A DNA stretch of 64,000 nucleotides from the human T2T-CHM13v2.0 reference genome, Homo sapiens, in the NCBI RefSeq assembly GCF_009914755.1, contig NC_060946.1; one strand, 5' to 3'. Shown one piece after another: positions 38,087-53,114 of this stretch (position 1 is its first letter; the number at the start of each line of letters is the position of its first letter). A program made the translations under genes and the position numbers. Under the pieces are notes generated by a model, which saw only the letters and a list, made by a program, of their open reading frames with translations, searched no databases and had not been told where the DNA came from.

Positions 38087-41000
38087 GTCGAGTTGTTTGG
38101 AATGGATTGGAATGGAATGCAGTGCAATGGAATGGAATGCAATGGAATGGAATATAATGGAGTGGAATGGAATGGAATGGAAAGGAATGGAATGGAATGG
38201 AATTAAGTGGAGTGGACTGGAGTGGACAGGAGTGGAATGGAGTGAAATCGAGTGTAATGGAGTGGGGAGGAATTGAATGGTTTGGAGTGGAATGGAGTGG
38301 AATGAATGGAAAGAAATGGAATGGAGTGGCATGGAATGGATTGGAATCAAGAGATTTGGAATGAAATGGAATGCAGAGGAGTGGAGTAGAGAGGAATGGA
38401 GTGAAGTGGAGTGTCGTGGAATGGAGGGGTGTGTGGTTTAGTGGAGTGGAATGAAGTGGAGTGGAAAGGTGTGGAGTGGAATGGAATAGATGGGAATGGA
38501 TTGTAATGCAGTGGAATGGAGTTGAGTTGGGTGGAATGGAGTGGACTGGTGTGGAATAGAATAGAATGCACTGGAATGCGATGGAATGGAGTCGATTGGT
38601 ATGTAATGGAGTGGAGTGGACAGGAATGGAATGGAGTTGAATGGAATGGAGCAGAGAGAAATGGAATTATTGAATGGAATGTAATGGAATAGAACGGAAT
38701 GGTATGGAGTGGAATGGACTGGAATGGAGTGGAATGGAATGGGATGGATTGGATTGGAATGTAATGGAGTGGAGTGGAAAGGAGTGGAGTGGAATGGAAT
38801 GGAATGGAGTACAATGGAATGGAGTGGAATAAAACCGAATGGAATGGAGTGGAATGGAGTGGAATGGAATGGAATCGAATGGAATGGAATCGAATGGAGT
38901 GGAATGGAAAGGAATGGAGTGGAATGCATTGGAATGGAATAGAATGGAGTGGAACGTAATGGAATGGAATGGAATGGAATGGAATGAAATAGAATGGAAT
39001 GGAGTAGAGTGGAGTGGAACGTAGTGGAGTGGAATGGGATGGAATGGAATGGAATGGAATGGAATGGAATGGAGTGGAATGTATTGCCGTGGAATGAAAT
39101 GGATCGGAATGGAATGGAATGGAATTTAGTGTAGTGTACTGGAGTGGATAGGTGAGGAAGTTAGTGGAATTGAGTTGAATGGAATGGTGTGGAATGGAAT
39201 GGAATGGAATGGAATGGAATGGAATGGAAAGGAGTGGCATGGAAGGGATTGGAGTTGCGTCGAACAGTTTGGAGTGGAATGGAATGGAGTGGAGTTGGTT
39301 TGAGAGGAAGGGGGGAGTGCAGTGCAGTGGAATGTAGTGGTGTGGAGTGGAGTGGAATGAAGTGGAGTGGAATGGAGTTGAGTGGAATGGAATATATTGG
39401 AATCGAATTGAATGGAGTGGAGTGGAATGGAGTGGCGTGCAGTAGAATGGAATGGAGGGGATTAGAATGGAATGGAATGGATACGAATCGAAAGGAATCA
39501 AAACGAATGGAGTTAAATGGAATAGAATGGAGAACAATGGAATCGAATGGAATTTAATGGAATGGAATGCAATTTAAAGGAGTGGAAAGGAATGCAATGG
39601 AATGGAGTGGAATGGAATGGAATGGAATGGAGTGGAATGGAATGGAATGGAGTGGACTGGATTTGAGTGGAGTGGAGTGGAGTGGAGTGGAATAGATTGC
39701 AGGGGAGTGGAGTGGAGAGAAATAGAATGGAGTGTAATAGAATCGAATCACGTAGAATGCAGCGGCATCGAGTGGAATTGAATAGACTGGAAAGCAATGA
39801 AATGGAGTAGAATGGAATGGAGTGGAATGGACTGGAATGGAATAGAATGGAATGAAGAGGAGTGGAATGTAATGCAGCAGAATAGAATGGAATGGAATGA
39901 AATGGATTGGAATTTAGTGGAGTAGAATGTAGTGGAGTGGAGTGGAATGGAATTCAATGGAATGGAAAGGAACGGAATGACGCGGAGTGAAAAGGAATGG
40001 AATGCAATGGAACAAAATGGAATGGAAAGGATTGGAATAGAATGGGATGGAGTGGAATGGAATGAAGTGCAGTTGAATAAAATGGAGTGCAGTGAAAAAG
40101 AATGGAATGGAGTGGAATGGAATGGAATTGAGTGGAGTCGGATGGATTGGTGTGTAGTGGGATGGAATGGAGTGGAATGGAATAAAATGGACTGGAATGG
40201 AATGGAGCGTAATGGAAAGGAGTGGAGTGGAATGGAAAGCAGTGGAATGGAATGGAATGCAATGGAAGGGAATGGAATGGAATGGAATTGAATGGAATGG
40301 AACTGAACGAAACGGAATGGAATGGAAAGGAATGAAATGGAATGGAATGGAATGGAGTGGATTGGAATGGAAATGAATGAAATGGATTGGAGTGGAGTGG
40401 AGTGGAGTGCAAAGGAATGGAATGGAATGCAGACCAGTGGGATGCAATGGAGTGGAGTGAAATGAAATGGAATGGATTAGAGTGGAATGGAGTGGAGTGT
40501 AATGAAATGGAGTGGAATCAAAGGGAAAGGTGTGGAATGGACTGGAATGGAGTGCAGTGGAATGGAATGGAATTGTATGGAAAGGAATGGAATGGAATGG
40601 AAGGGAATGGAATGGAATGGAATGGAGTGGAATGGAATGGAAAGGATTGTGATGAAGTGCAATTTAGTGGAATGGAATGAAATTCAATGGAGTGGAGTGG
40701 AGTGGAGTGCCATGGAAAGCAGAGGAGTGGGGTAGAGTGGAATGGAGTGTAGAGGATTATAGTGGAATGGAGTAGAGAGTAGTGGAATGGAGTGGAATGG
40801 AATGGAGTGAAGTGGAAAGGAGTTGAGGACAATGGAATGGACTGGAATGGAATAGAATGGAGTGGATGGAGTGGAATGTAATGTAGTGTTGTGTAATGGA
40901 CTGGAGTGGTGTTGAATGGAATGGATTGGATTGGAATGGAATAGAATGGAATTGAATGGACTAGTGTAGAGTGGAGAGGAGTGGAAGGGAAAGTAGTGGA

Positions 41001-43060
41001 TTGGAGTGGAGGGGAGTGGAATGGAGTGCAGTGGAATGGAGTCGAGTGGAATGGATTGGAACGTATTGGAGTGGAATGGCGTGGAGTGGAATGCAATAGA
41101 AATGAGTGGAGAGGAATTGAATTGAGAAGAGTAATATGGAGTGGAATGGCGTGGATTGGAGTGGAAAGGAATGGAGTTGAGTGGAATTTAGTGGAATGGA
41201 GTGGAATGGAGTGGAGTGGAGTCAACTGTAGTGGAGTGGAGAGGATTGAACAGGATGGGAATGGAGTGGAGTGCAATGGAGTGGAGTGGAGTGGAGTGGA
41301 ACGGAATGGAATGGAATGTACAGGAATGGATAGGAAGGGAATGGAATGGAATGGAATAGAGAGGATTTAATTTAATGGAGTGGAGTGGAATGTAATGGAC
41401 AGGAGTGTTGTGGAATGGATTGGAATGGAATGAAACATAGTGGAGTGAAGTGGAATGGAGTGGAGTGGAGTGGAATGAAATGGAATGTAATAGAGTGCTG
41501 TGGAGTGGAAAGGAATGGAATGGAATGGAATGGAATGGAATGGAATGGAGAGGAGCGGAATGGGATGGAACGGAGTGCAGTGGAATGGAATGGATTTGAG
41601 TGGAATGGAGTAGAGTTTAGTAAAATGGAATGGAGTGGAGTGGAATGGAGTGCATTGGAATGGAGTGGAGTGGTATGGAGTGGAATGGCATGGAATAAAG
41701 CGGAATGGAGTGGAGTGGAAATGAATGGAGTGGAGTGGAAAGGAATAGAAAGGACTGGAATGGATTTGATTGGAATGGAATGGAATGGAGTGGAGTGGAG
41801 TGGAGTGGAATGCAGTTTAATGGAATGGAATGGAATGGAGTGGAGTGGAGTGGACTGGAGTGGATAGAAGTGGAAGGAAGTGTAATCGAGTGGAAACGAG
41901 AGGTGTGGAATGGAATGGAGTGGAGTGGAATGTAATGGTATGTACAGGAGAGGAATGGAGTGGAATGCAGAGCAGTGTCATGGAATGATGTGAAGTGGAA
42001 TGTAATTCAGTATAATGGAATGCAATGTAATAATTTGGACTGGAATATAGTAGAGTGGAATGGACTTGAGTGGAGTGGAATGGAATGGAATGGAGTAGAA
42101 TAGAATGGAATGGAATGGAATGGAATGGAATGGAATGGAATGGAATGGAATAGAATAGAACGGAATGGAATGGAATGGAAAGGAATTGAATGGAATGGAA
42201 TACAATGTAATGGAAAGGAGTGGATTGGAATGGAATAGGCTGGAGTGCAATTGAAAGGAGGGATTTGGAATAAAATGGAATGCAGTTGATGGAATTGATT
42301 TGGGTGGAATGCAATGGAATGGAGTGGATTGGAAAGGAATGGAATTAAATGGATTGGAGTATATTGTTGTGGAGTGAAGTGGAGTGCGATGGAATGGAAT
42401 GGAATGGAGACAAGGGGCATGTAATGGAATGAAGTGAAATTAAATGTAATGGAGTAGGGTGGAGTGGAGTGGAATGGAGTGGAGTGAAATGGAATGGAGT
42501 GGAATGGATTGGAAAGGAGTGGAATGCAGTGGAATGGATTGCCCTGGAGGGAATGGAGAGGAAAGGAATGGAATGGAATGGAGTGGAAAGGAGAGAAATG
42601 GAATCGAATGGAATGGAGTTGAATGGAATGGAGTGGAGTGGAGTGGAGTGGAGTGGAGTGGAGTGGAGAGGAGTGGATTGTAATGGAAAAGAGTGGAATG
42701 GAGTTGAGTGGATTGGAATGGATTGGAATGGAATGGAAAGCAGTGGAAAGGAGTGGAGTGGACTGGAATGGTGTGGAGTGGAGGGGAACACAATGGAATT
42801 TAATTTAATGGAAAGAGAGGAGTGGAGAGGAGTGCAGTGGAATGGAATGGACTTGGAGAGGCGTGGAATGGGATGGAGTGGAATGTAGTGGAATGGAGTG
42901 GAAGGGAATGGAGTGGAATGGAATGGATTTGAATGGAATGGAGTGGAATGGAGTGGAGCAGAATGGAATGGTGTTTAGAGGAGTGGAATGGCTTGGAATG
43001 GAATGGAGTGCAAATGAATGGAATAGAATGGAATGGAGTGCAAATGAATGGAATGGAATG

Positions 43061-43690
43061 GAGTGGATTGAAAAGGACTGTAGGGGAATGGAGTGGAGTG
43101 GAGTAGAATGGAATGGAGTGGAATGCAGTGGAGTGGAGTGCAATGAAGTGGAGTGGAATGGAATGGAGTGGAATGGAATAGAGATGAATGTAGTGGAGTC
43201 GAATGGAAAAGAGTGGAGTGGAATGGAGTGGAGTGGAACGGAAAGGAGTGGACTGGAGTAGAATGGAGTGGGCTGCAGTGGACTGGAGTGGAGTGCAGTG
43301 TAGTGAAAAGTAATGGAATGGAGTGGAATGAACTGGAGTACAGTGGAATGGAGTGGAATGGAGTGGAGTGTAACGCAGTGGATTGAAAAGGAGTGTAGGG
43401 GAATGGAGTGGAGTGGAGTTGAGTAGAATGGAATGGAGTGGAATGCAGTGGAGTGGAGTGCAATGAAGTGGAGTGTAATGGAATGGAGTGGAATGGAATA
43501 GAGATGAATGTAGTGGAGTCGAATGGAAAAGAGTGGAGTGGAATGGAGTGGAGTGGAATGGAAAAGAGTGGACTGGAGTAGAATGGAGTGGACTGCAGTG
43601 GACTGGAGTGGAGTGCAGTGTAGTGAAAAGTAATGGAATGGAGTGGAATGAACTGGAGTACAGTGGAATGGAGTGGAGTGTAATGGAACG
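43061..43690 (+). repeat. Young 315-320-bp tandem duplication
   Basis: 43101-43350 and 43421-43670 differ at only 4 positions by my count. Landmarks: gagatgaatgtagtggagtcgaatggaaaag 43181/43501 and tagtgaaaagtaatgg 43301/43621. The near-identical ORF translations at 43153 and 43488 reflect this duplication. Confidence 0.95.
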
Positions 43691-45850
43691 GAATGGAGTG
43701 GAATGGAGTGGAATGGAGTAGATTGGAGTGGAAGGGAATGTAGTGGACTGGAGTGGAATGGAATGGAGTGGAGTGGAATGGAAAGGAATGAAGTGTAATG
43801 CAATGGAATGGAATGGAATGGACTGAAGTGGGATGGAGTGGTGTGGAGTGGAGTGGAATGGAATAGAGTGGAAAGGAATGGAATAAAACAGAGACGAGTG
43901 GAATGGAATGGAATGGATTGGAGTGAAATGGCGTGGAGTTGAATGGAGTGAAATGGAGTAGAGTGGAGTCTAGTGGAATGGAATGCAGTGGAATGAATGA
44001 GAATGGATTGGAGTGGAATGAAATGGAGTGGAGTGGAAAGGAATTGAGTGGAATTGAATGGAATGGATTAGAGTGGAGTGGAATGGAGTGGAGTGGAATG
44101 GAGTGGATTGGAATGGAGTGGAGTGGAGTGGAATACAAGGGAATGAAGTACAATGGAATGGAGTGGAGTCGAGTGGAGTTCAATGGAATGGAATGGAGTA
44201 GAGTGGAGTGAAGTGGAATGGAGTGGAGTGGAATAGAGTGGAGGGTTGTGGAGTGGAGTGTAATGGAATGGAATGGAGTGGAGTGGAGTGGAATTGAACG
44301 GAACGCAACGGAGTGAAACAGAGTGGAACTGAGTGGAGTTCAGTAGAGTGGAATGGAGTGGAATGGAATGGAATGGATTATGGTGGAGTGGAATGGAATG
44401 GAATGGAATGGAATGGAATGGAATGGAGAGGAATGGAGTGGAATGGAATGGAATGGAATGGAGTGGAATAGATTGGAATGCAGTGGAGTGGAATGGAATG
44501 GAGCGGAGTGGAAAGGAATGGATTAGAATGGAATGGAAAGGAATTGAATGGATTGGAGTGGAATGAAGAGGAGTTTAATGGAGTGGAGTGGAGTGCAGTG
44601 GAGTGGAATGGAATTGAATGAAGTGGAACACAATGGAAAGGAGTGGGGTCTAATGGACTGGAGTGGAGTAGAATGGAGTGGAGTGGAATGGAATGGACTG
44701 GAGCTGAGTAGAATGGTGTGAACTGGAGTGCAGTGGAGTTTATTAGAATATAATGCAATGGAGTGGAGTGGAGTATATAGGAGGGGAATGGAAAGATTTG
44801 GAGAGGAATGGAATGGATAGTACTGGAATGGAGTGGAATGGATTGTAGTGTTGTGGAATGCAATTCAGTGGAGCGAAATGGAGTGGAGTGGAATGAAGAG
44901 GAATGGAAAGGAATGGAGTGGAATGGAGTGGAATTGAGTGCAGTGGAGTTGAATGGAATGGAGTGGAGTGGAATGGAGTACAGGGGAGAAGAATGGAGTG
45001 CAGTGGAATGAAATGGAATTGAGTGGAGGTGAGTGGAGTGGAGTCGAGTTGAATGCGGAGGAGTGCAATTGAATGGATTGGAATGGAATGCAATGGAGTG
45101 GAATGGAGGTGACTGGAGTGGAGTAGAGCAGAGTGGAATGAAATGGAATGGAGTGGACTGGAATGGAGTGGAGGGGAGTGGAGTGGAGTGTAATGGAATG
45201 GAATGGAATGGAGTATAGAGGAGTGGAGTGGAATGGAATGGAGTGTAATGGAGTGGAGTGGATTGGAGTGGAATGGGATGGAGTGGAGTGAAGTGGAATG
45301 GAATGGAGTTGAGTGGTGTGGACGGAAGTGGGATGGAATGTATTGGATTGCAATGGAGCGTACTGGAATGGAATGGAATTGAAAGGAGTGGAGAGGAGTG
45401 GAATTGAATGAAATGGAATGGATTCGAGTGAAATGGAGTGCTCTCGAGTGTAGTGGAACGAAGTGGAGTGGACTATAACGTAGTGGAGTAGAGTGGAATG
45501 GAGTGAAGTGGAGTGGAATGGAATGTAAAGGAATGGAAAAGAGTGGAATGTAATAGAATGGAATGGAATGGAATGGAAAGGAGTGAAATGGAATGGAGTG
45601 CATTGGAATTGAATAGAGTGGAGCGACTGGAATGGACTGTAGTGGAATAGTTTGGAATGCATTGGAGAGGACTGGAGTGTATTGGAATGTAATGGAGTGG
45701 AGTGAAGAAGATTGAGGTGGAATGGAATGAAATGGATTGGAAAGGAATGGCAAAGAATGGAGTGGGATGGAATGGAAAGGAGTGGATTGGAATGGAGTGG
45801 AGTGGAGTCGAATCGAATGGAATTGAATTGAATGGAATGGAGTGGAATGG

Positions 45851-45985
45851 AATGGGATGGAGTGAAGTAGAATGGCATGGTGTGGATTGCAAAGGAATGG
45901 AATGGAGTGGAAAGGAATGGGATGGAGTAAAGTAGAATGGAATGGTGTGGATTGCAAAGGAATGGAATGGAGTGGAAAGGAATGG
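45851..45985 (+). repeat. 65-bp tandem duplication
   Basis: tgtggattgcaaaggaatggaatggagtggaaaggaatgg at 45881/45946. Confidence 0.9.
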
Positions 45986-46896
45986 AGTGGAGTGGTGTGG
46001 AGAGGAGTGGATTCGAGTGGAATGGAATGGAATGGAATGGAATGGAATAGAAGGGAGTGCAGTGTAGTGGAGTCGGGTGGAGTGGAGTGGAATGGAGTGG
46101 AGTGGAATGAAATGGAAAGGAGTGGATTTGAATAGAGTGGAGTGGAGTAGAAAGGAGTGGAGTGCAATGGATTGGAATTTAATTTAATGTAAAGAGGGGA
46201 GTGGAGTGCAGTGGAATGGAATGGAATGGAATGGAAGGAAGTGGAGTGAAGTGGAGTGGCATCGAATGGAATAGAGTGGAATGGAGAGTTATGGAGTGGA
46301 ATGGAATGGATTGGAATGGAACAGAGTTGAATGCACTAGAGTGGAGTGGAAAGAAGTAGAGTGGAATGGAATGGCATAGAATGGAATGGAGTGGAAATGA
46401 ACGGAAACGAATGGAGTGGAATGGAAAGGAGTGAAGTGGAATGGAGTGGAGCAGAGTGGAATGGCATGGAGTGGAATGGAGTGGAGTGGAGTGTAAAGAA
46501 GAGGAATGGAATGGTATGGAGTGGAATGGAATAGAGTGGAAAGTATTTGAATGGAAATGAATCGATTGGATAGGAGTGGAGTTGAATGGAGTGGAGTGTA
46601 GTGGATTGGAGTGGAGTGGATTGCAGTGGAATGGAGTGGAATGGGGTGGAGTGGAAAGGAATGGAGTGGAGTGGAGTAGAATGGAGTGGACTGCAGTGGA
46701 CGAGAGTGGAGTGGGGTGTAGACAAATATAATGGAGTGGAAAGGAGTGAAGTGGAGTATAGTGGAATGGACTGGAGTGGAATGCAATGGAAAGGAGTGGA
46801 ATGGAGTAGAGTGGAGTGGAATGGAATGGAATGGAGTAGAGTGGAGTGGAAAGGAATGGAGTGGAGAGGAATGAAATGGAATGGAGTGTAATGCAA

Positions 46897-47040
46897 TGGA
46901 ATGGAATGGAACGGAGTGAAGCGGAATGGAGTGGTTTGGATTGGAGTGGAATGGAATGGAGTGGAATGGAATGGAACGGAGTGAAGCGGAATGGAGTGGT
47001 TTGGATTGGAGTGGAATGGAATGGAGTGGAATGGAATGGA
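46897..47040 (+). repeat. Exact 65-bp tandem duplication
   Basis: acggagtgaagcggaatggagtggtttggattggagtggaatggaatggagtgg at 46911/46976. Confidence 0.92.
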
Positions 47041-50000
47041 ATGGAATGGTAAAGAATGGAATGGAATTGAGGGGAGAGGAGTAGAATGTAATGGTTTGGA
47101 GTGGATTGGAATGGAGCCGAATAGAGTGGAGTAGAGTGGAAAGGAATGGAGTCAAGTGGAGTAGAGGGGAGTGTAGTGAAGCGGAATGGAGTGGAGTGGA
47201 ATGGAATGGACCGGTGTGGAAAGGAATGGAGTAGAGTAGACTGGAATGCAGTGTAGTAGAGTTTAATGGAATGGAGGTGAATGGAATGGAGTGGAGTTCT
47301 ATGAAGTGTATTGGAATGGAAAGTGGTGGAGAATAATGGAGTTTAAATGAATGGAACAGAATGGAGTGGAATGGAATGGAGTGGAATGGAATGGAATGGA
47401 ATGGAATGGAGTGATGTAGGATGGAATGGAATGGAATGGAATGAAATGGAATGCAATGGAGTAGCATAGAGTGTAATGTAATGGAGTGTAGGGGAGTAGA
47501 GTCTAGTGAAGTGGAGAGGAGTTTAATGGAAACGAGTGGAATGGAGTGGAGTGGAGCAGAGTGGAGGGGAGTGGAATCGAATTTAATGGAATGGAAAGGA
47601 GTGTAGTGGAGTGGAATGCAGTGGAATTGAATGGAGTGCAGTTAAATGCAGTGAAATGGAATGGAATGGAATGGAATCGAATGGAATGATGTACAATGGA
47701 ATGGAGTGGAATGGAATGGAAGAGAATGGATTGGAATGGACTGAATTGGAGTGGAGTGCAGTGCAGTGGAGTGGAATGGAGTGAAGTGGAATGGAATGGA
47801 GTGGAGTGAGGAAGGGTGTACTGGAGTGGAGTGGAAAAGTGTTGAATGGAATTGAGTGAAGTGGAATGCAATGCAATGGAATAGAATGGACAGGAGTAGA
47901 ATGGATTTGAGTGGAATGGAATGGAGTGGACTGGAATTGAGTGGAGTGGAGTGGAATGGAGGGGAGTAGAATGGAGTGGAGTGGAGAGAAACGGATTGGG
48001 CTGGAATGGAATGGTATGGAATGGATTGTAATGGAAAGAATGGAGTGGAATCGAATGGGATGGAATGGAATGGAGTGCACAGGAATGGAGTGCGTTGGAG
48101 TGGAATGGAGTAGAGTGGAATTGAACGGAATGGAATGGAGTCGAATTGAGTGGAGTGGAGTGTAACGGAGTATAGTTGATTGGAGTGGAGTGGAATGGAA
48201 TGGAGTGGAGTAGATTGGAACGAAATGGTGGGATGGAATGGAATAACGTGGAGTGTAATGGAAGGGAATGGATTGGAATTCATTGGAGAGGAGTGTAATG
48301 TAAAGGAGTGGCGTGGAATGGAATGGAATGCAATGGAGTGGAGTTGAGTGGAATGGAATGCAATGTATTGGAATGGAGTGGAACGGAGTGCAATGGAGAG
48401 GAGTGGAGTGCAATGGAATGGAGTGCAGTGGAATGGAATGGAATGGAGTTGAGTGTATTGGAGTGGAGTGGACTGGAATGGAGAGGAATGGAGTGTAGAG
48501 CAAAGAAATGGAGTGTATGGAATGGAAAGGAATGCAGTGGAGTGGAATGGAGTGGAGTGGAGTGGAGTGGAGTGGAGTGGAATGATTAAGAAGGGAATGA
48601 ATGGAATGGAATGGAAAGGAATGCATTCTAATGGAATGGAGTGGAGTGGAATGATAAGGAGTGGAGTGGAATGGAATGGAGTGAAGTGGAGTAGAGTGGA
48701 GTGGAATGGAATGGAGTGGAGTGGAGTGGAGTGGAAAGCATTGGAATGCAATAGATTGGATTGGAATGGTGTGGAATATAGTGGAGTGGAGTGGAATGGA
48801 ATACAGTTGAGTGGAATTGAACGGAAAGAGAGGAATGGAAAGGCATGGAAAGGTGTGGAGTGGAATAGAATGGAGTGGAGTGGAAAGGAATATATTGGAA
48901 AGGAATGGAATGAGGTGGAGCAGAGTGGAATGGAGAGGAGTGGATTGGAATGGAGTGGAATGTAATGGATTGCAGTGGAATGGAATGAAATAGACTGGAA
49001 TGCAAGGCAGTGGAATGGAGTGTTATGGCATGGAGTGGAATGGAAAAGAATGGAATGGAATTGAATGGAATGAAATGGATTGGAGTTGAGTGGAGTGGGG
49101 TGGACTGGAATAGAGTGGAGTGGAGTGCAGTGGTATGGAACGGAATGGAGTGGAAAGGAATGGAATTGAATGAAATGGAAGGCAATGCAGTGTATTGGAA
49201 TGGAATGGAATGGATTGGAATGGAAAGGAGTGGAGGGGAATGGAATGGAGTGGAGTGGACTGGAAGGGAGTGGAATTGTGTAGACTGAAATGGAACAGAG
49301 TGGAGTTGAATGGAATGGAGAGGAATGGAATGGAATGGAATGCAATGTAGTGTAGTGGAGTGGAGTGGAATGGCGTGGAGTAGAGTGGAATGGTGTGGAG
49401 TTGAATGGAGTAGACTGGAATGGAGAAGAGTGGAGTTGAATGAAGCAGTGTGCAATGGAATGGAGTGGAGTGCAGTGAAATGGAATGGAATGGAGTGGAG
49501 TGGTGTTGAATGGAATGGATTGGAGCAGAGTGGAATGGAGTGGAGTGGAGTGGAGTGAAATTTAGTGGAGTGGAATGGAGTGGAGTGGAATTGAGTGGAG
49601 TCAAATTGAGTGGAATGGAGAGGAATAGAAAGTAGTGGAGTAGAGAGGAGTGGAAAGGAGTGGAGTGGAGTGGAATGGAATGGAAAGGAATGGAGTGAAC
49701 TGGAATGGAATGGAGTGGAGTTGAGTACAGTGGATTGGAGTGGAGAAGAGTGGAGTGGAAAGGAGTGGAGTGGATTGGAATGGAAAGGAATGGAATGGAG
49801 TGGACTGGAATGGATTGGAGTGGAGTGGTGTAGAGTGGAGTGGAGTGGAAGGGAATGGAATGGAATTTAATGGAATGGAATGGAGTGGAATGGAATGGAG
49901 TGGAATGAAATGGAAGAGAATGGATTGGAATGGACTGGAGTTCAGTGCAGTGGAGGGGAGAAGAGTGCAATGGAGTGGAGTGGAATGGAATGCAATGGAG

Positions 50001-53000
50001 TGGAGTGGAGAAGAGTGTACTGGAGTGGAGTGGAATGCGGTTAAATGGAATTGAGTGAAGTGGAATGGAATGGAATGGAACGGAATGGATTGGAATTGAA
50101 AAGAGTGGATTGGAATGGTATGGAGTTGACTCGAATGTAGTGGTGTGGAATGGAGTGGAGTAGAATGGAGTGGATTTCAGAGGAATGGAGTGGATTGGAA
50201 AGGATTGGTATGGAATGGAGTGGAAAGGAACGGAATGGAAAGGAATGGAATTGAATGGGATGGAATGGAATGGAGTGGATTGGAATGGAGTGGAATGGAG
50301 TGGAATGGAGTGGAGTGGAATTTAACGGAATGGAGTGTAGCTCAGTATAGTTGAGTGGAATGGAGTGGAATGGAAAGTAAAGGAGTGAAGTGGATTGGAA
50401 TGGAATGGTGTGGAGTGGAACAGAATAAAGTGGACGGGAATGGAACAGAATGTATTGGAATTGATGGGAGAGGAGCGTAGTGGAGTGGAATGGAATGGAA
50501 CGCAATGGAATGGAGTGGAGTGGAATAGAATGGAATGGAGTGGAATGGAGTGGAATGGAGTGCAATTGAGAGGACTGGAGTGCTATGGAATGGAGTGCAG
50601 TGGAATGGAACGGAATGGAATTCAATGGAGTTGAGTTTAGTGTAGTGGAGTGGAATGGAATGGAGTGGAATGGAATGGAAAGGAATGCAGTGGAGTGAAT
50701 GGAGTGAAGTGAAATTGACTGGAGTGGAATGGAATAATAAAGAACGGAATGGAACGGAATGGAATGGAATGGAATGGAATGGAGTTGAATGGAATGGAGT
50801 AGAGTGGAATGAAATGAAGTGGAGTGTAATGGAACGGAGTGATGTGGAGTAGAGTGGAGTGGAGTGGAATGGAGTGCAGTGGAATGGAGTGGAGTGGAAT
50901 GCACAGGAATGGAATGGATTGGATTGGAATGGAGTGGAATGGAGTGAAGTGGAGTGGAATGGAATGCAGTTCAGTGGAAATGAATGGAAAGAGATGAATG
51001 GAAAGGCATGGAATGCTGTGGAGTGGAATTAAATGGAGTGCAATGGAATGGAATGAAGTGGAGCAGAGTGGAATTTAGAGGAGTGGATTGGAATGGAGTG
51101 CAATGCAATGGAGTGCAGTGGAATGGAATGGAATGGAGGGCAGTGGAATGGAATTAAGTGGAGTGGAATGCAATGGAATGGAATGGAGTGTTATGGTATG
51201 GAGTGGAATGGAAGAGAATGGAATGGAATTGAATGGATTGGAATGGATTCGAGTCGAGTGGAGTGGAGTGCAGGGGCATGGAGTGCAGTGCAGTGCAATG
51301 TTATGGAAGGGAATGGAATGGAATGGATTGGAAAGGAATGGAATTGATTGAAATGGATTGGAATGGAATGGAATGCTGTGTAATGTAATGGAATGGAATG
51401 GATTGGAGTGGAATGGAGTAGAGTGGAATGGAATGGAGTTGAATGTACTGCAAAGGTGTGGAATGGTGTTGACAGGAATGGAAAGGTTTGGAGTGGAATG
51501 GAATGGAGTGGAATGGAATGGAATGGAATGGAATGGAGTGGAGTGGAGTGGAGTGGAACGGCGTGGAGTGGAACGGCGTGGAGTGGAGTGGAGTGGAATG
51601 GTGTGCAGCGGAGTGGAGTGGATAGGAATGGAGAAGAGTGGAGTTGAATGAAGCGGAGTGCAATAGAATGGAGTGGAGTGGAGTGGAATGGAGTGGAGGG
51701 AAGAGGTGTGGAATGAAATGGAGTGGAGTGGAGTGGAATGGAGTGGAGTGGATTTCAGTGGAATGTGGTGGAGTGGAAAGGAGTGGAGTTTAATGGAATA
51801 GAATGGATTGGCATCAAGTGGAATTGAGTCGAATGGGATGGAATGGAATGGAGTGGACAGGAATCGAATGGAGTGGAGTGGAGTAGAGTGGAGTCGAGTG
51901 TAATGGAGTGGGGTGCCGAGGAATGGAGTGGAGTGGAATTGAATAGATTGGAGTGGACTGGAGTCGAGTGGATTGGAATGGAGTGGAATGGAATGGAGTC
52001 GAGTGGAATGGAGTGGAATGCAGTTGAGTGGAGTAGAATGGAAAGGAATGGAGTGGAGTGGAGACGAATGGAATGGACTGGAATGGAATGGAGTGGAGTG
52101 TATTGGAATGGACTGGAATAGAATGCAATGGAGTGGAACGGAAGTTACTTGAAGTAACTGGAATGGAGTGAAATGGAGTTGAGTGGAGTGGAGTGGAATG
52201 GAATGGAGTGGACGGGAATAGAGTGGAGTGGAATAGAGTGTAATGGAATGGAGTGGAATGGAATGGTATGTAATGGAGTGGAGTGAAATAGAGTGTAATG
52301 GAATGGAGTGGAATGGAATGGAATTAAGTGGAGTGAAATGGAGTGCAGTGGAATGTTGTGGAGTGGAGTGGAATGGAATGGGCAGGAATGGAGTGAAGTG
52401 GAGTGGAGTGGAGTGGAATGGAATGGAGTATAACGGAGTGAAGTTCAATGGAGTGGAGAGGAGGGGAGTGGAGAGGAATGCAGTGGAATGGAATGGAATG
52501 GAATTAAATGGATTGGAGTGGAATGGAATGGAATGGAATGGAGTGGAGTCAAGTGGAATGGAGAGGACAGGAGTGGAGTGCAGTGGAATGGAATGGAATG
52601 GAGAGAAGGGAAATGGAGTGGAATGGAGTGTAATGGAGTGAAGTAGAATGGAATTGAATGGAGAAGAGTAGAATGGAGTGGAGTGGATAGGAGAGGAGTG
52701 GAGTGGAATGGATTGGAGTGGAATGGAGTGGAGTGGAATGGAATGGAATGAATTGGGATGGAATGGCGTGGAATTAAATGGAGTGGAGTGGAAAGGAAAG
52801 GAGTGGAGTGGAGTGGAAAGGAATTGAGTGGCATGGACGGGAATCGAATGTATTGGAAAGAAATGGAATGGAAAGGAGTGGAGTGCAATGGAGTGGAGTG
52901 GAATAGAGTAGAGTTGAAGAGTGTTGAGTGGAATTGAAAGGTCTGTAGTGTAATGGAATGGAGTGGAATGGAATGGAGTGGAGTGGAGTGGATTCTTCTG

Positions 53001-53114
53001 GAATGGTATATAATGAAATGGAATGGAAAAAAAGAGTGGAGTGGAATGGAACGGAGTGGAGTGTAATGGAATGGAATGGAGTGGAAGGGATTGAAAAGGA
53101 ATGGACTGCAGTGC

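Noticed and set aside
52991-53005. TTCtgGAA, a partial heat-shock element
   Set aside because: It has only two inverted nGAAn units, whereas a canonical element needs three, and it is an isolated occurrence.
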